DNA from: Blastocatellia bacterium
GTDB lineage: Bacteria; Acidobacteriota; Blastocatellia; UBA7656
NCBI GenBank assembly: GCA_963765495.1
Contig: CAVXWP010000002.1
Coordinates: forward strand, 160,001-224,000
Length of the DNA: 64,000 nucleotides
Direction of reading: 5' to 3'
Shown in pieces: positions 41,294-51,667 of this stretch. The translations under genes and the position numbers were made by a program. Each line of letters opens with the position of its first letter. Position 1 is the first letter of the stretch. Under the pieces are notes generated by a model that saw only the letters and a program-made list of their open reading frames with translations, did no database searches and was not told the origin of the DNA.

Positions 41294-42070
41294 ATGAAAC
41301 TCAGTGATAGGCGTTTTTCAGTACTATTGATTATATTCACTTTTTTGTCGCTCTCAGGCGCGGGCTCCGGCTTCCCTCTATCGGCTCAACCGCGAGAGCA
41401 ATCTCAGGCCAATTGCCCTACTCTGCAAGTGACCTCTCCCGATCAGGTCACAAAGGGAGAGAAGCTCATCTTCACTGTGCAGGTGAAAGGCGGCGATAAA
41501 AACGTGACTCCTACTTTCAACTGGTCGGTATCGAGCGGCTCGATTGAATCGGGACAGGGCACTTCTACGATTGAAGTAGGCACGGGTGAACTGGAAGACG
41601 ATTCCACGGTGACGGCAACTGTAGAGCTTGGAGGCTACGACAGAGATTGCTCTACAGTTACCTCCTGCACATCCTACATCGAAAAGAAGGTCGAGCCGCG
41701 AAAGCTGCTCGAATACGGCAAGGTAGGTACGGAAGCGGAACAAGCGAACCTGGATTATTTTACAGTCGAACTTCAGTCTGACCCGACCGCGCAGGGGTAC
41801 ATCATCGCATACGGCGGGCGTACAAGCAGTGCAGGTGAGACCGAGAAATGGGCGATTAAGGCAAAGAGTTATTTGACGCAGCTACGCGGGGTCGATGCGG
41901 GCAGGATTGTGGTATTGGACGGGGGGTATCGCGAGCAACCGGCCATAGAACTCTGGATCGTGCCCTCCGGTGCGACCCCGCCGACTGCAACCCCGACCGT
42001 TGATCCCGGTGAAATAAAAGCCTCGAAGCCAGCGCAACCAAAAAAGCCCGCAAAGGGCAAGAAAAACTGA
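41294..42070 (+). CDS. Secreted Ig/PKD-like domain protein
   Basis: Signal peptide; TFNWSVSSGSIESGQGT; C-terminal GYIIAYGG...GGYRE...ELWIVPSGA. Confidence 0.7.
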   Translation: MKLSDRRFSVLLIIFTFLSLSGAGSGFPLSAQPREQSQANCPTLQVTSPDQVTKGEKLIFTVQVKGGDKNVTPTFNWSVSSGSIESGQGTSTIEVGTGELEDDSTVTATVELGGYDRDCSTVTSCTSYIEKKVEPRKLLEYGKVGTEAEQANLDYFTVELQSDPTAQGYIIAYGGRTSSAGETEKWAIKAKSYLTQLRGVDAGRIVVLDGGYREQPAIELWIVPSGATPPTATPTVDPGEIKASKPAQPKKPAKGKKN

Positions 42071-42100
42071 TGGGAACCCGTTGATTGCTTTATAAATAAT

Positions 42101-42176
42101 CTTTGCCTGCTTTGTGTCATTGCGTATTTGAGAGTAGAGGTTCTCGACAGGGCGCAAAGACGCAAGGTAAGCAAAG
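42101..42176. repeat. CGCAAAG-type intergenic palindrome
   Basis: CTTTGCCTGCTTTGTGTCATTGCG ... GCGCAAAGACGCAAGGTAAGCAAAG. Confidence 0.65.
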
Positions 42177-42269
42177 ATTTCCCTGTGATTTAAACCGCCT
42201 TTGTCGCAACCCTCCCTTCTGTTTTGGAGTATGGGTCAACAGGTGGTAAACTCAGCCGGAGGTGATTTC

Positions 42270-43187
42270 ATGTCTTACAAAATCATCACCCTGCTCATCC
42301 TTGCATTTCTGCCTGTCATCGAGCCTTCATTCGGGCAATCTCCCGTTCAGGATCGCCAGAAACCATCCGATCAGAAACAAGAGATTACCCTGACATCAAA
42401 CCTCGTCAGCATAACTGTCACTGTAAACGACCGATTGGGCAGGTCCGTCACAGGGATGAGCAAAGACAATTTCGAGATTTACGACGATGATGTAAAACAG
42501 ACAATCGCCATCTTCTCAGACGATGATGCCCCGGTTTCAATCGGCATAGTCTATGACGTGTCAGGTTCTATGGGCGATTTGACTACGCAAACATTCCTTA
42601 CGCTCAAACAGTTTTTTGACACGTCACACGAAGAGGACGAATTCTTTATCGTCGCATTCAATAACAAGCCCAAACTCGTGCAGGACTTCACTTCATCTCC
42701 GAACGAAATTCTGAACCGCGTTATTTATGTCAAAGCCGGAGGGGCAACGGCCCTGTTTGACGCGACTTACCTTGCCATAAACAAGGTTCAGCAGGGCCGC
42801 CATCAGAAGAGGGCCCTGTTGATCCTCTCAGATGGAGAGGAGAACAACAGCCGCTACTCGGGCAAAGAGTTGAACAATCTCTTGAAAGAGAGCGATGTGC
42901 TGATCTACACCATAGGGATGAGCGATTTAATGGCAGGCGCAGGAACGCTGAATAGATTAGCCGGTATGAGCGGCGGACAGGCGTACTTTCCTATGGATTA
43001 CTCGGAATCCGATGATATTTATAAGCGAATAGCCCTGCAACTGCGGCATCAATATGTGATTGGTTTTTATCCGACCGACACCGAGGCCGGAATGAAGTGG
43101 CACAGGCTCAAGATAAGAGTAAAGGCTCCGAAAGCTCTTGGCCGCCTGTCGCTAAGTTATAAAAAAGGCTACAGGTCATTCAGGTAA
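42270..43187 (+). CDS. Acidobacterial VWA-domain protein
   Basis: MIDAS DVSGSM, TALFD, LSDGEEN, QYVIGFYP. Confidence 0.9.
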   Translation: MSYKIITLLILAFLPVIEPSFGQSPVQDRQKPSDQKQEITLTSNLVSITVTVNDRLGRSVTGMSKDNFEIYDDDVKQTIAIFSDDDAPVSIGIVYDVSGSMGDLTTQTFLTLKQFFDTSHEEDEFFIVAFNNKPKLVQDFTSSPNEILNRVIYVKAGGATALFDATYLAINKVQQGRHQKRALLILSDGEENNSRYSGKELNNLLKESDVLIYTIGMSDLMAGAGTLNRLAGMSGGQAYFPMDYSESDDIYKRIALQLRHQYVIGFYPTDTEAGMKWHRLKIRVKAPKALGRLSLSYKKGYRSFR

Positions 43188-44019
43188 GGATAGATCAAGA
43201 GCAGGTCTTGCCCTTTCAACTTCCGAACGGCCCTGCTTTAAGCAGAAAGTATACTGGCATTTACCCTTTGCCCTAACTCCAGTTCGCATTGTGATATTGA
43301 CGCAGTAGTGTTGAAACCCGACGGAATATTCAGCATACTCGCACAGGCAAACGGCGAATCGGATACCACTCTGTCAAACATGATAGGTCGAGCACATTAT
43401 GAGTAACAAACTAAAGCAGACTGCACAAAATTAGTAGAAACAAATCTTCAAAGTGGCGGCCCTGCCTCTTGAGAACATTTCCTCGCAAAAGATTTTTCCC
43501 GGATAACTCCATTCGCTTTTTCCGGCGTTCTTTTTACTCGTATGTTCAAAGAGTTTATTCACTCTTACCGACTGCTACAGCATGAAAAGTAGTTTAATTA
43601 ACATCAGATAAGGGCATTTTGATCGGCAGGTTTGGCAACTAAAGAATAATATTGTATCGCGGCGGCCAACCATGTATGATTGTGATACCGTTACTCTACC
43701 GCACCCCTCTCACACACAGCGCGGCAGGCGACGGGACAGATGTTTTTAACCGGTCCCTGTGTTGGTTTGAAAGTTGGTACCGCTAATTTCAAAGTTTCGG
43801 CTTTAGAAACTGATCTACACGGGACATTTGCTCTTTGCCCTTTTTTTGATATTCAGGTGTAGTTAAAATCTTGCTCCAAGGGTAGAACCGATAAGGTACG
43901 GCTCCCGATCCCCCCCCATAGTAACCGGGAGATATATTTTGCGTAATCAAGCAGAAATACGTTAGAGCTGTGCGTAGCTATAGTCAGGTTCATCTGAGAT
44001 TAGTGAAGCAGGTTCGAGA

Positions 44020-46434
44020 TTGATGGCCTTGAATAGATATATTCCAAAGGTAGCGAGCGTCTTTACCGTATTGTGCGGGGGAGTTGTGCTTTTCGGCTGG
44101 GCATTCGACATCGAATCCTTAAAGAGCCTCTTTCCGGGGCTGGCCACGATGAAGCCGAATACAGCCGCCAGTTTTCTCTTTAGCGGCATCTCACTCTGGC
44201 TCTTACAGGGTCATCAGGAGCCTACATCCGGGCATTATTACCGGCAAGAATCAGGGCAAATATTCGCGCTCATAGTGGCTTTGTCAGGGTTGCTGACACT
44301 GAGCGAGGACATATTCGGGTGGAACCTCGGCATAGATCAAATATTATTTCGCGATAATGGAGCGACCGCTTCGACCGATTATCCGGGTCGTATGGCTATT
44401 GCTACGGCGCTGAATTTTTCCCTGCTCGGCTGCTCTTTGCTTCTCGTGAAGGTAAAGACCCGGTTTGTTCGCCTGTCCGGCCAGATGTTGACTCACATTG
44501 TGATATTTATTTCCCTGCTTGCTCTGGTGGGATATGCCTACGGAGTTCAGTCTCTATACAAGGTGAGCCCTTTCTCATCAGTCGCGTTACACACGGCGAT
44601 AACATTTCTTACGCTGTCTATCGGTATCCTTTTCATCAATACGGATCGGGGAATAGCGGCTATTGTTCTCAGCGAGGGTCCGGGCGGCGTGCTTTCGCGC
44701 CGCCTGATTCCTGCCATCTTTATCATACCTTTTACAGTCGGATGGTTAAGGCTGGAAGCCCAGCACGCGGGCTACTTTGAAAACAGATTTGGTGTGGCGC
44801 TATTTGCCCTGACCAATATAGCGCTCTTTTCTGTGCTCACATCGTGGACGGCTCGTTCATTGAACCGAGCGGATGAAGAGCGTAAGCGCGCCGAGGATGA
44901 GAATTTCAAACTGGCCTCCATAGTGGAATACTCAGACGACGCGATTTTCGCCAAGACGCTCGACAACATTATTACCAGTTGGAATAAGGGTGCCGAGCGC
45001 ATTTACGGCTATAAGCCAAAAGAGATAATCGGTCTTCCGGTCTCCATTTTAATCCCGCCTGACCTCGCAGACGAGGCACAGCAGATAATCGAGAAGATCA
45101 GAAACGATGAGAGGGTTGAACATTTTGAAACCGTCCGTGTCAGGAAGGATGGCGAATCAATCTATGTCTCGCTCACGATTTCGCCGATCAAGGATGCGGC
45201 AGGCAGGATTGTAGGAGCATCATCGGTAGCGCGCGACATCACGGCGCGCCAACGGATGGAGGATGCGCTGCGACAGGGTGAGGAGCGACTTCAAATAGTG
45301 ACTGAGAACATGAGCGAGGCACTGGTCATCTCGGACCTCGACGGCCAATTGATCCATTGGAATCGGGCGGGGATGGAGATGCACGGTTTCAAGGACCTCG
45401 GTGAGTGGCTCTTGCGCATCCCGGATTTCGAGAAATTTTATGAACTCTCGACGCTTGACGGCGCTGTTTTGAGCCCGGAGCAATGGCCGCTTGCGCGTGT
45501 AATCCGTGGGGAAAATGTGCGGAATTTCGAAGTTCGCGCCGGCCGTCTCGATCTAGAATGGGAGCGCGTGTTCAGTTATAGCGGCACCATCGTCCATGAG
45601 TCGAACGGAAGGCCGCTGGCCTTTGTCACGATCACGGACATCACCGAGCGCAAGCGCGCCGAAGAGGCTGTCCGCCGTCTCAATGAAGAGCTTGAGCAAC
45701 GGGTCAATGAGCGGACCGCTCAACTTCAGAGCGTAAACAGAGAGCTTGAAGCATTCTCATACTCGGTCTCGCACGACCTGCGCGCACCCTTGCGACATAT
45801 AAACGGATTCTCTACAGCGCTGCTGGAAGACTATCAGGATTCGATAGACGAGACGGGCAGGTCCTATCTCCGAGAGTTATGCGGAGCCAGCAAGGAGATG
45901 GCGCAACTGATTGATGATCTGTTGCAGCTTTCGCGAGTAACCCGCAGCGACATGCAATGCGAGACGGTTCATCTGACTGAGATGGCCTGTGGAGTGATAG
46001 ATGAGTTGAAGCGGATGGAGCCGGAACGAATTGTACAATTTGAAACAGAAGAAGATTTGACGGCATACGGCGACAGGCGGCTGCTAAAAGTTTTATTGAC
46101 CAATCTGCTTGGAAACGCCTGGAAATTTACATCGAAACGAGAAGCCCCCGAAATCAGGTTCGGTCAGGAAATAAGGGAGCAAGAGAATGTCTATTTCGTC
46201 CGCGATAACGGCGCAGGATTCGATATGACTTACGCGGATAAATTGTTCGGCGCATTCCAACGCCTTCACAGCCCTCGCGAATTCGAGGGCACAGGCATAG
46301 GGCTGGCCACGGTTCACAGGATAATCCTCAGGCACGGTGGCCGCGTCTGGGCCAGAGGGAAAGTAAACGAAGGAGCATCCTTCTATTTCACCCTCCCGGA
46401 AGTTAAAGAGGAACAAGAATGGAAAGCAAGATGA
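44020..46434 (+). CDS. Membrane-bound PAS sensor histidine kinase
   Basis: N-terminal TM helices, two PAS regions, FSYSVSHDLRAPL H-box, NLLGNAWKF, DNGAGF, GTGIGL. Confidence 0.92.
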   Translation: MMALNRYIPKVASVFTVLCGGVVLFGWAFDIESLKSLFPGLATMKPNTAASFLFSGISLWLLQGHQEPTSGHYYRQESGQIFALIVALSGLLTLSEDIFGWNLGIDQILFRDNGATASTDYPGRMAIATALNFSLLGCSLLLVKVKTRFVRLSGQMLTHIVIFISLLALVGYAYGVQSLYKVSPFSSVALHTAITFLTLSIGILFINTDRGIAAIVLSEGPGGVLSRRLIPAIFIIPFTVGWLRLEAQHAGYFENRFGVALFALTNIALFSVLTSWTARSLNRADEERKRAEDENFKLASIVEYSDDAIFAKTLDNIITSWNKGAERIYGYKPKEIIGLPVSILIPPDLADEAQQIIEKIRNDERVEHFETVRVRKDGESIYVSLTISPIKDAAGRIVGASSVARDITARQRMEDALRQGEERLQIVTENMSEALVISDLDGQLIHWNRAGMEMHGFKDLGEWLLRIPDFEKFYELSTLDGAVLSPEQWPLARVIRGENVRNFEVRAGRLDLEWERVFSYSGTIVHESNGRPLAFVTITDITERKRAEEAVRRLNEELEQRVNERTAQLQSVNRELEAFSYSVSHDLRAPLRHINGFSTALLEDYQDSIDETGRSYLRELCGASKEMAQLIDDLLQLSRVTRSDMQCETVHLTEMACGVIDELKRMEPERIVQFETEEDLTAYGDRRLLKVLLTNLLGNAWKFTSKREAPEIRFGQEIREQENVYFVRDNGAGFDMTYADKLFGAFQRLHSPREFEGTGIGLATVHRIILRHGGRVWARGKVNEGASFYFTLPEVKEEQEWKAR

Positions 46435-46859
46435 TTCTTCTGGTAGAAGATGATGCAAGTGATGAAGTCTTGACTCTAAGGGCGCTTGGAAAGACCAACA
46501 TCATCAATGATGTCGTCGTCACGCGAGATGGTGTTGAGGCGCTCGATTATCTTTTTGGAACCGGCACCTACGCGGGTCGAGATTTGAACATAATGCCACA
46601 GCTAATTCTTCTCGATCTAAAACTCCCAAAGATAGATGGATTGCAGGTATTGCAAAGGGTTCGTGCCGATGAGCGAACAAAACTTATCCCCGTAATCATA
46701 TTTACATCCTCCGATGAGGATAGAGATGTGATTGGAAGCTATCACCTGGGAGCAAACAGCTATGTCCAAAAACCGGTGGATTTCGAGCGCTTCATGGCCG
46801 CGATTCAGCAGTTGGGAATGTACTGGCTGGTCTTAAACAAGGTTCCGGCCTGGAGATAG
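46419..46859 (+). CDS. Single-domain response regulator (Rcp1-like)
   Basis: LLVEDD, LLDLKLPKIDG, GANSYVQKP. Confidence 0.92.
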   Translation: MESKMILLVEDDASDEVLTLRALGKTNIINDVVVTRDGVEALDYLFGTGTYAGRDLNIMPQLILLDLKLPKIDGLQVLQRVRADERTKLIPVIIFTSSDEDRDVIGSYHLGANSYVQKPVDFERFMAAIQQLGMYWLVLNKVPAWR

Positions 46860-46869
46860 GCTTTAGTGT

Positions 46870-49800
46870 ATGAATAGAAAATTACGAGTTTTAAATGTTG
46901 AGGATTCTGAGAGGGATTCCACATTACTCTGCCGCCATCTGGCGCAGGCTGGCTATGAGATGGAATTTCTTCGTGTTGATACGCATTCGGCAATGAAGGA
47001 AGCGATTGAATCTAACAGATGGGATTTGATCCTCTCTGATTTTGTCATGCCTCAGTTCGATGCCATGGCGGCGCTGGTTCTCTTAAAGGAGATGAAACAG
47101 GATATTCCTTTTATCATCGTATCCGGGACCATCGGCGAAGAGACAGCGGTAAAAGCCATGCTGGCCGGCGCAAACGATTATCTTATGAAGAGTCATCTGG
47201 CACGACTCGCCCCGGCCATCGAGCGAGAGCTGCAAGAGGCGGAAAATCGTCGCGCGCGCAGGCTGATGGAAGCGGCGCTGCGACAAAGTGAAGACCGCTA
47301 TCGAGACCTCGTAGAAAACAGCAATGATCTTATCTGCACCCACGATCTGGAAGGGAGAATTCTCTCTGTCAACGAAGCGTCTGTTCGGCTTTTAGGGCAC
47401 GATAAGGCAACCCTTCTGAATATGAATATTCGTGATATCCTCTTCCCCGAACTTCAGGACGGTTTCGATGACTATATTCAAAAGCTTCTAAACAACGGCA
47501 TCGCTAAAGGATTTATGGCCGTTAAGACCAGGCACGGAGAGAAGCTTCTCTGGGAATACACAAACACGTTACGAACTCAGGGGGTCGCGATCCCAATTGT
47601 GCGCGGGGTGGCGCACGATATAACCGAGCAGAGACGAGCCGAAAATGCGCTCAAAGCGTCAGAGGCTGAACTGCGCGCTCTGTTTGCGGCAATGACGGAT
47701 GTAATCCTCGTGATTGATGCCGAGGGGCGTCATTTGAGAATCGCCTCGACAAATCCCAGCCTCTTGTACAAGCCCGCTTCTGATATGATCGGAAAGACCT
47801 TTCACGAATTATTCCCGAAGGAGAAAGCCGATTTCTTCCTGAGACAAGTGCAAACCGCGCTTTCCAACTCCGGCAATCTCAGAGTCGAATACAGCCTCAA
47901 TATAGGCGGCGCGGAATTCTGGTTTGACTCCAGCGTATCGCCGATGTCAGAGAATTCGGTTATCTGGATTGCCCGCGACATAACCGAACGTAAAAAGGCG
48001 GAGGATTCAATACGATTTCAGGCTCATCTGCTAAACACAGTCGAACAATCGGTGATCGCCACAGACCTGTCAGGACATGTGATTTACTGGAATCAATTCG
48101 CGGAAAAACTATATGGCTGGACGGTCGCCGAAGCCCTGGGGAGGAAAATCCTTGAACTCACTCTCGCTGTTGACGCAAAAGAGACGGCATCTGAAATCAT
48201 GTCTCAATTACAGGCCGGAAAGAGCTGGTCAGGCGAATTCCTGGTCAGACATAAGAATGGCCGTGTGTTCCCCGCCCTGGTCACAGATACACCGATCTAC
48301 AACAAGGAAGGAATTCTGGTAGGCATTGTCGGCGTTTCAGTGGACATCACGGAACGCAAGAGTGCAGAAGAGGAGAAAGCAAGGCTGAACGCCGAAATAG
48401 AGAGCCAGCGCCAGCGGCTGGATAACATCATCTCGAACGTGCCGGGCGCGGTCTGGGAGGTCTTTGGCGAGCCGGATAAACTTACACACCAGACAAACTT
48501 CATGAGCAATTACGTGGAGAAGATCGCCGGTTACAGCGTAGAGGAATGGCACTCAACGCCTAATCTGTGGCTATCGATTGTTCACCCTGATGATCGAGAG
48601 GAAACCGCCCGTATCGCTGCCGCTGGATTTGCCAGGGGCGAGAACAAGACGCACGCTTTTCGCTGGATCGCAAAGGACGGGCATACGGTCTGGGTCGAAG
48701 CGCATACGGCTATCATCACGGATGACGAAGGCCGGCCCGTCGGGGAACGCGGTGTCACTATAGACATCAGCGAGCGCAAACAGGCGGAGGCGGCTCTGAG
48801 AGAAGCCGAAGAAAAATATAGAAGCATCTTTGAAAACGCGGTCGAAGGCATCTTCCAATCAACTCTAAACGGAGCCATTATCGCGGCAAATCCCGCGATG
48901 GTTCGTATTCTCGGCTATGAGTCTCAGCAAGACTTGATCGAGAGCTTCGAGGACGGACAGGATCAGTATTATGTTGATCCCAACACGCGAACATATGTGA
49001 TAAATACTCTCATGGATAAGGGCGTCATAGTCGGCTATGAGTGCGAAGTGTTTTGTAAAGACCAGAGCAAGATATGGGTCGTGGAAAATATACGCGCTGT
49101 TACGGATGAGACCGGCGCGGCCGTCTATTTTGAAGGCTCAATCGAAGACATAACCGAGCGAAAGATACTCGAAGATCAATTTCGACAGGCGCAAAAGATG
49201 GAGGCTATCGGGCAACTGGCAGGCGGGATCGCTCACGATTTCAATAACCTGTTGACAGCCATCACCGGATACAGCGACCTCTCGATTATGAAGTTGCAGG
49301 ACGAAGACCCGCTGCTTCGGAATCTGGAAGAGATAAGAAAGGCAGGCGACCGCGCCGCCGCGCTCACGCGCCAGCTTCTGGCCTTCAGCCGCAAACAGGT
49401 CCTGCAACCAAAAGTTCTCGATATCAATACAATCGTGACAGATATGGAGAAGATGCTCCGGCGGCTGATCGGAGAGAATATAGATTTACAGACATCACTC
49501 AGCCCCGACCCCGGTCACATCAAAGCCGACCCCGGACAGATAGAGCAGGTCATTATGAATCTCGTCGTCAATGCTCGCGACGCAATGCCGCAGGGAGGGA
49601 AATTGACCATTCAAACCGACAATGTTCAGTTTGATGAGGAATACGCGAGACAGCACCTCGGCATCAACCCCGGTTCTTACTTGATGATTGCCGTCAGCGA
49701 TAATGGCGAGGGCATGGATGCCGAGACGCAAAAGCGGATATTCGAGCCTTTCTTTACGACTAAGGAAGTCGGGAAAGGAACCGGGCTTGGACTCTCAACC

Positions 49801-50316
49801 GTCTACGGCATAATCAAACAATCGGGGGGCGAAATTCTGGTCTACAGCGAGGTCGGTGTGGGGACTACCTTTAAAATATATCTGCCCCTCGTCTCAGAAA
49901 AGCTCAAACTCAACAAGTCGGGCGCGAAAGAGGAGCCTTTGCAGGGCACAGAGACAGTTCTTCTGGTCGAAGATGAAGAACTGGTGCGAGCACTCGCCCG
50001 GGATGTGTTGAAGGTTTACGGTTACCGGGTACTTGAGGCGGAAAATGGCAAGGTCGCGTTTCAGATCTGTCAGCAAAAAGCCGAGGAGATTCATCTTCTC
50101 ATAAGCGATGTCATTATGCCTGAGATGAGCGGCCCCAATCTGGCAACACGACTGACGCAATTGTGCCCCGAAATAAGAGTGCTCTATATGTCGGGCTACA
50201 CGGATAGAGGCGCCCTGCATCAGGGGATATTGGAGGCGGGGGCAAACTTTATACAGAAACCATTTTCGCCTGCTCAACTGGCGAAAAGAGTGCGAGAGGT
50301 GCTCGATCAGAGGTAA
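46870..50316 (+). CDS. Hybrid histidine kinase REC-multi-PAS-HisKA-HATPase-REC (CckA-like)
   Basis: AGGIAHDFNNLL, NARDAM, FEPFFTTK, GTGLGL; receiver domains at both ends. Confidence 0.93.
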   Translation: MNRKLRVLNVEDSERDSTLLCRHLAQAGYEMEFLRVDTHSAMKEAIESNRWDLILSDFVMPQFDAMAALVLLKEMKQDIPFIIVSGTIGEETAVKAMLAGANDYLMKSHLARLAPAIERELQEAENRRARRLMEAALRQSEDRYRDLVENSNDLICTHDLEGRILSVNEASVRLLGHDKATLLNMNIRDILFPELQDGFDDYIQKLLNNGIAKGFMAVKTRHGEKLLWEYTNTLRTQGVAIPIVRGVAHDITEQRRAENALKASEAELRALFAAMTDVILVIDAEGRHLRIASTNPSLLYKPASDMIGKTFHELFPKEKADFFLRQVQTALSNSGNLRVEYSLNIGGAEFWFDSSVSPMSENSVIWIARDITERKKAEDSIRFQAHLLNTVEQSVIATDLSGHVIYWNQFAEKLYGWTVAEALGRKILELTLAVDAKETASEIMSQLQAGKSWSGEFLVRHKNGRVFPALVTDTPIYNKEGILVGIVGVSVDITERKSAEEEKARLNAEIESQRQRLDNIISNVPGAVWEVFGEPDKLTHQTNFMSNYVEKIAGYSVEEWHSTPNLWLSIVHPDDREETARIAAAGFARGENKTHAFRWIAKDGHTVWVEAHTAIITDDEGRPVGERGVTIDISERKQAEAALREAEEKYRSIFENAVEGIFQSTLNGAIIAANPAMVRILGYESQQDLIESFEDGQDQYYVDPNTRTYVINTLMDKGVIVGYECEVFCKDQSKIWVVENIRAVTDETGAAVYFEGSIEDITERKILEDQFRQAQKMEAIGQLAGGIAHDFNNLLTAITGYSDLSIMKLQDEDPLLRNLEEIRKAGDRAAALTRQLLAFSRKQVLQPKVLDINTIVTDMEKMLRRLIGENIDLQTSLSPDPGHIKADPGQIEQVIMNLVVNARDAMPQGGKLTIQTDNVQFDEEYARQHLGINPGSYLMIAVSDNGEGMDAETQKRIFEPFFTTKEVGKGTGLGLSTVYGIIKQSGGEILVYSEVGVGTTFKIYLPLVSEKLKLNKSGAKEEPLQGTETVLLVEDEELVRALARDVLKVYGYRVLEAENGKVAFQICQQKAEEIHLLISDVIMPEMSGPNLATRLTQLCPEIRVLYMSGYTDRGALHQGILEAGANFIQKPFSPAQLAKRVREVLDQR

Positions 50317-50438
50317 AGTTGAGCTTTCTGCATAACTCACTTGACCGGGCGCTTACTGGCGAGGTTGAATTGAACTTCCGGGTTCCTTGAACGATTTTCC
50401 AATTCACTTTTTAACAGCGGCACGAAGGGGATTTGATT

Positions 50439-50819
50439 ATGATCAGGAGAAGAGGGAGGATGGTGTGGATTCCGATTAGTATGATATTGCTCGTTTTTTC
50501 TACAATCGGAGCGAATGGTCAGGCCCTCGATGCGGGCAAATTTCCCGTAGGCAGCTATATCGACGGAGATTTCATCGCCACCTTTACGGCTGACGGCAAA
50601 TTCCTTTTACATACGGATGATTTTTTGAAGGCAGAAGGGGTTTACGCCGTTAATAAAGATGAAATCACCATCAAGGAAAAGGGTGGGAGCGGAGAGTGCG
50701 CCGGAACAGGAAAATACAAGTGGCAATTCGATGGAAAGGCGCTTCACTTTTCAAAGATCGAAGACCCGTGTAGAGGAAGAATCCATCACATGACATCGCG
50801 TAGATGGCCAATGATTTAA
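50439..50819 (+). CDS. Small secreted hypothetical protein
   Basis: Signal peptide; C..GKYKW...L.F..IEDPC..R; start uncertain. Confidence 0.6.
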   Translation: MIRRRGRMVWIPISMILLVFSTIGANGQALDAGKFPVGSYIDGDFIATFTADGKFLLHTDDFLKAEGVYAVNKDEITIKEKGGSGECAGTGKYKWQFDGKALHFSKIEDPCRGRIHHMTSRRWPMI

Positions 50820-50869
50820 CGCGCAAGACAATCTGTTCGATACAAGAGTTTGAAAGGAAACCACTACTT

Positions 50870-51592
50870 ATGTCGCAACCGGAAATTTTCCACATAGGCA
50901 TTCCCGTTTATGAGCTTGTAGATTTGCTGGATGTCGCTGCGCCTGCTGAGATGTTTTATTGGATGGCGCAAAACTGGAAAAGCAAGACGGGTGATAAAAA
51001 GACGGCTAAGGTCATACTGGTCGGCGCGACAACTGACCCGGTCAGGACGCTGAGTGGGGTTTCGATTTCTCCAACCCTGACTTTTGATGATTGCCCACAA
51101 CTCGATCTACTCTGGGTTCCCGGCGGAGATCCTGCCGCGCTGAATGCCAAAATGAATGATCCGGTCTTTATCAATTTCCTGCAAAAGCAAAGCGAAAAAG
51201 CGAGGTTCGTCACATCGGTTTGCGAAGGCGCGTTGCTGCTTGCAAGCGCCGGTCTGCTAAACGGATACAGAGCGACGACTCACTGGGCATTTATTTCCTG
51301 CCTGGAAAGATATCCCGAAATCACCGTCGTAGAAGGCTACCCGCGATTTGTTGTGAATTACTCGGAAGAGACCGGCAAGTATGTAGTGACGGGCGGAGGC
51401 GTTTCTTCGGGATTGGATGAATCGCTGGAACTGATATCGCTTGTGAGCGCCGTGGTGCTTGAGACCGCGAGTGGAAAAGATATTGCCCAGCAGGTGCAGT
51501 TGACCACACAGTATTATCCGCGCCCGCCCGTATGGGGAGAAATCCCCGGCTCAAACAACTGTCCGCTCGACGATCTGAAGCAAAAGGATTGA
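50870..51592 (+). CDS. DJ-1/PfpI family protein (isonitrile hydratase-like)
   Basis: LLDVAAP, LWVPGG, TSVCEGALLL, ATTHW, TGGGVSSGLD. Confidence 0.88.
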   Translation: MSQPEIFHIGIPVYELVDLLDVAAPAEMFYWMAQNWKSKTGDKKTAKVILVGATTDPVRTLSGVSISPTLTFDDCPQLDLLWVPGGDPAALNAKMNDPVFINFLQKQSEKARFVTSVCEGALLLASAGLLNGYRATTHWAFISCLERYPEITVVEGYPRFVVNYSEETGKYVVTGGGVSSGLDESLELISLVSAVVLETASGKDIAQQVQLTTQYYPRPPVWGEIPGSNNCPLDDLKQKD

Positions 51593-51667
51593 GATAAGAT
51601 CAGCCTACTTTTCTACATTTTGGAAGACTGAATGCCGCTGCGGTTCGCAATTATAACGTACCCCCAT

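Noticed and set aside
43335-43400. GCACAGGCAAAC as a c-di-GMP-I riboswitch start
   Set aside because: The GNRA-capped P2 stem and the downstream GACGCAAAGC segment are absent.
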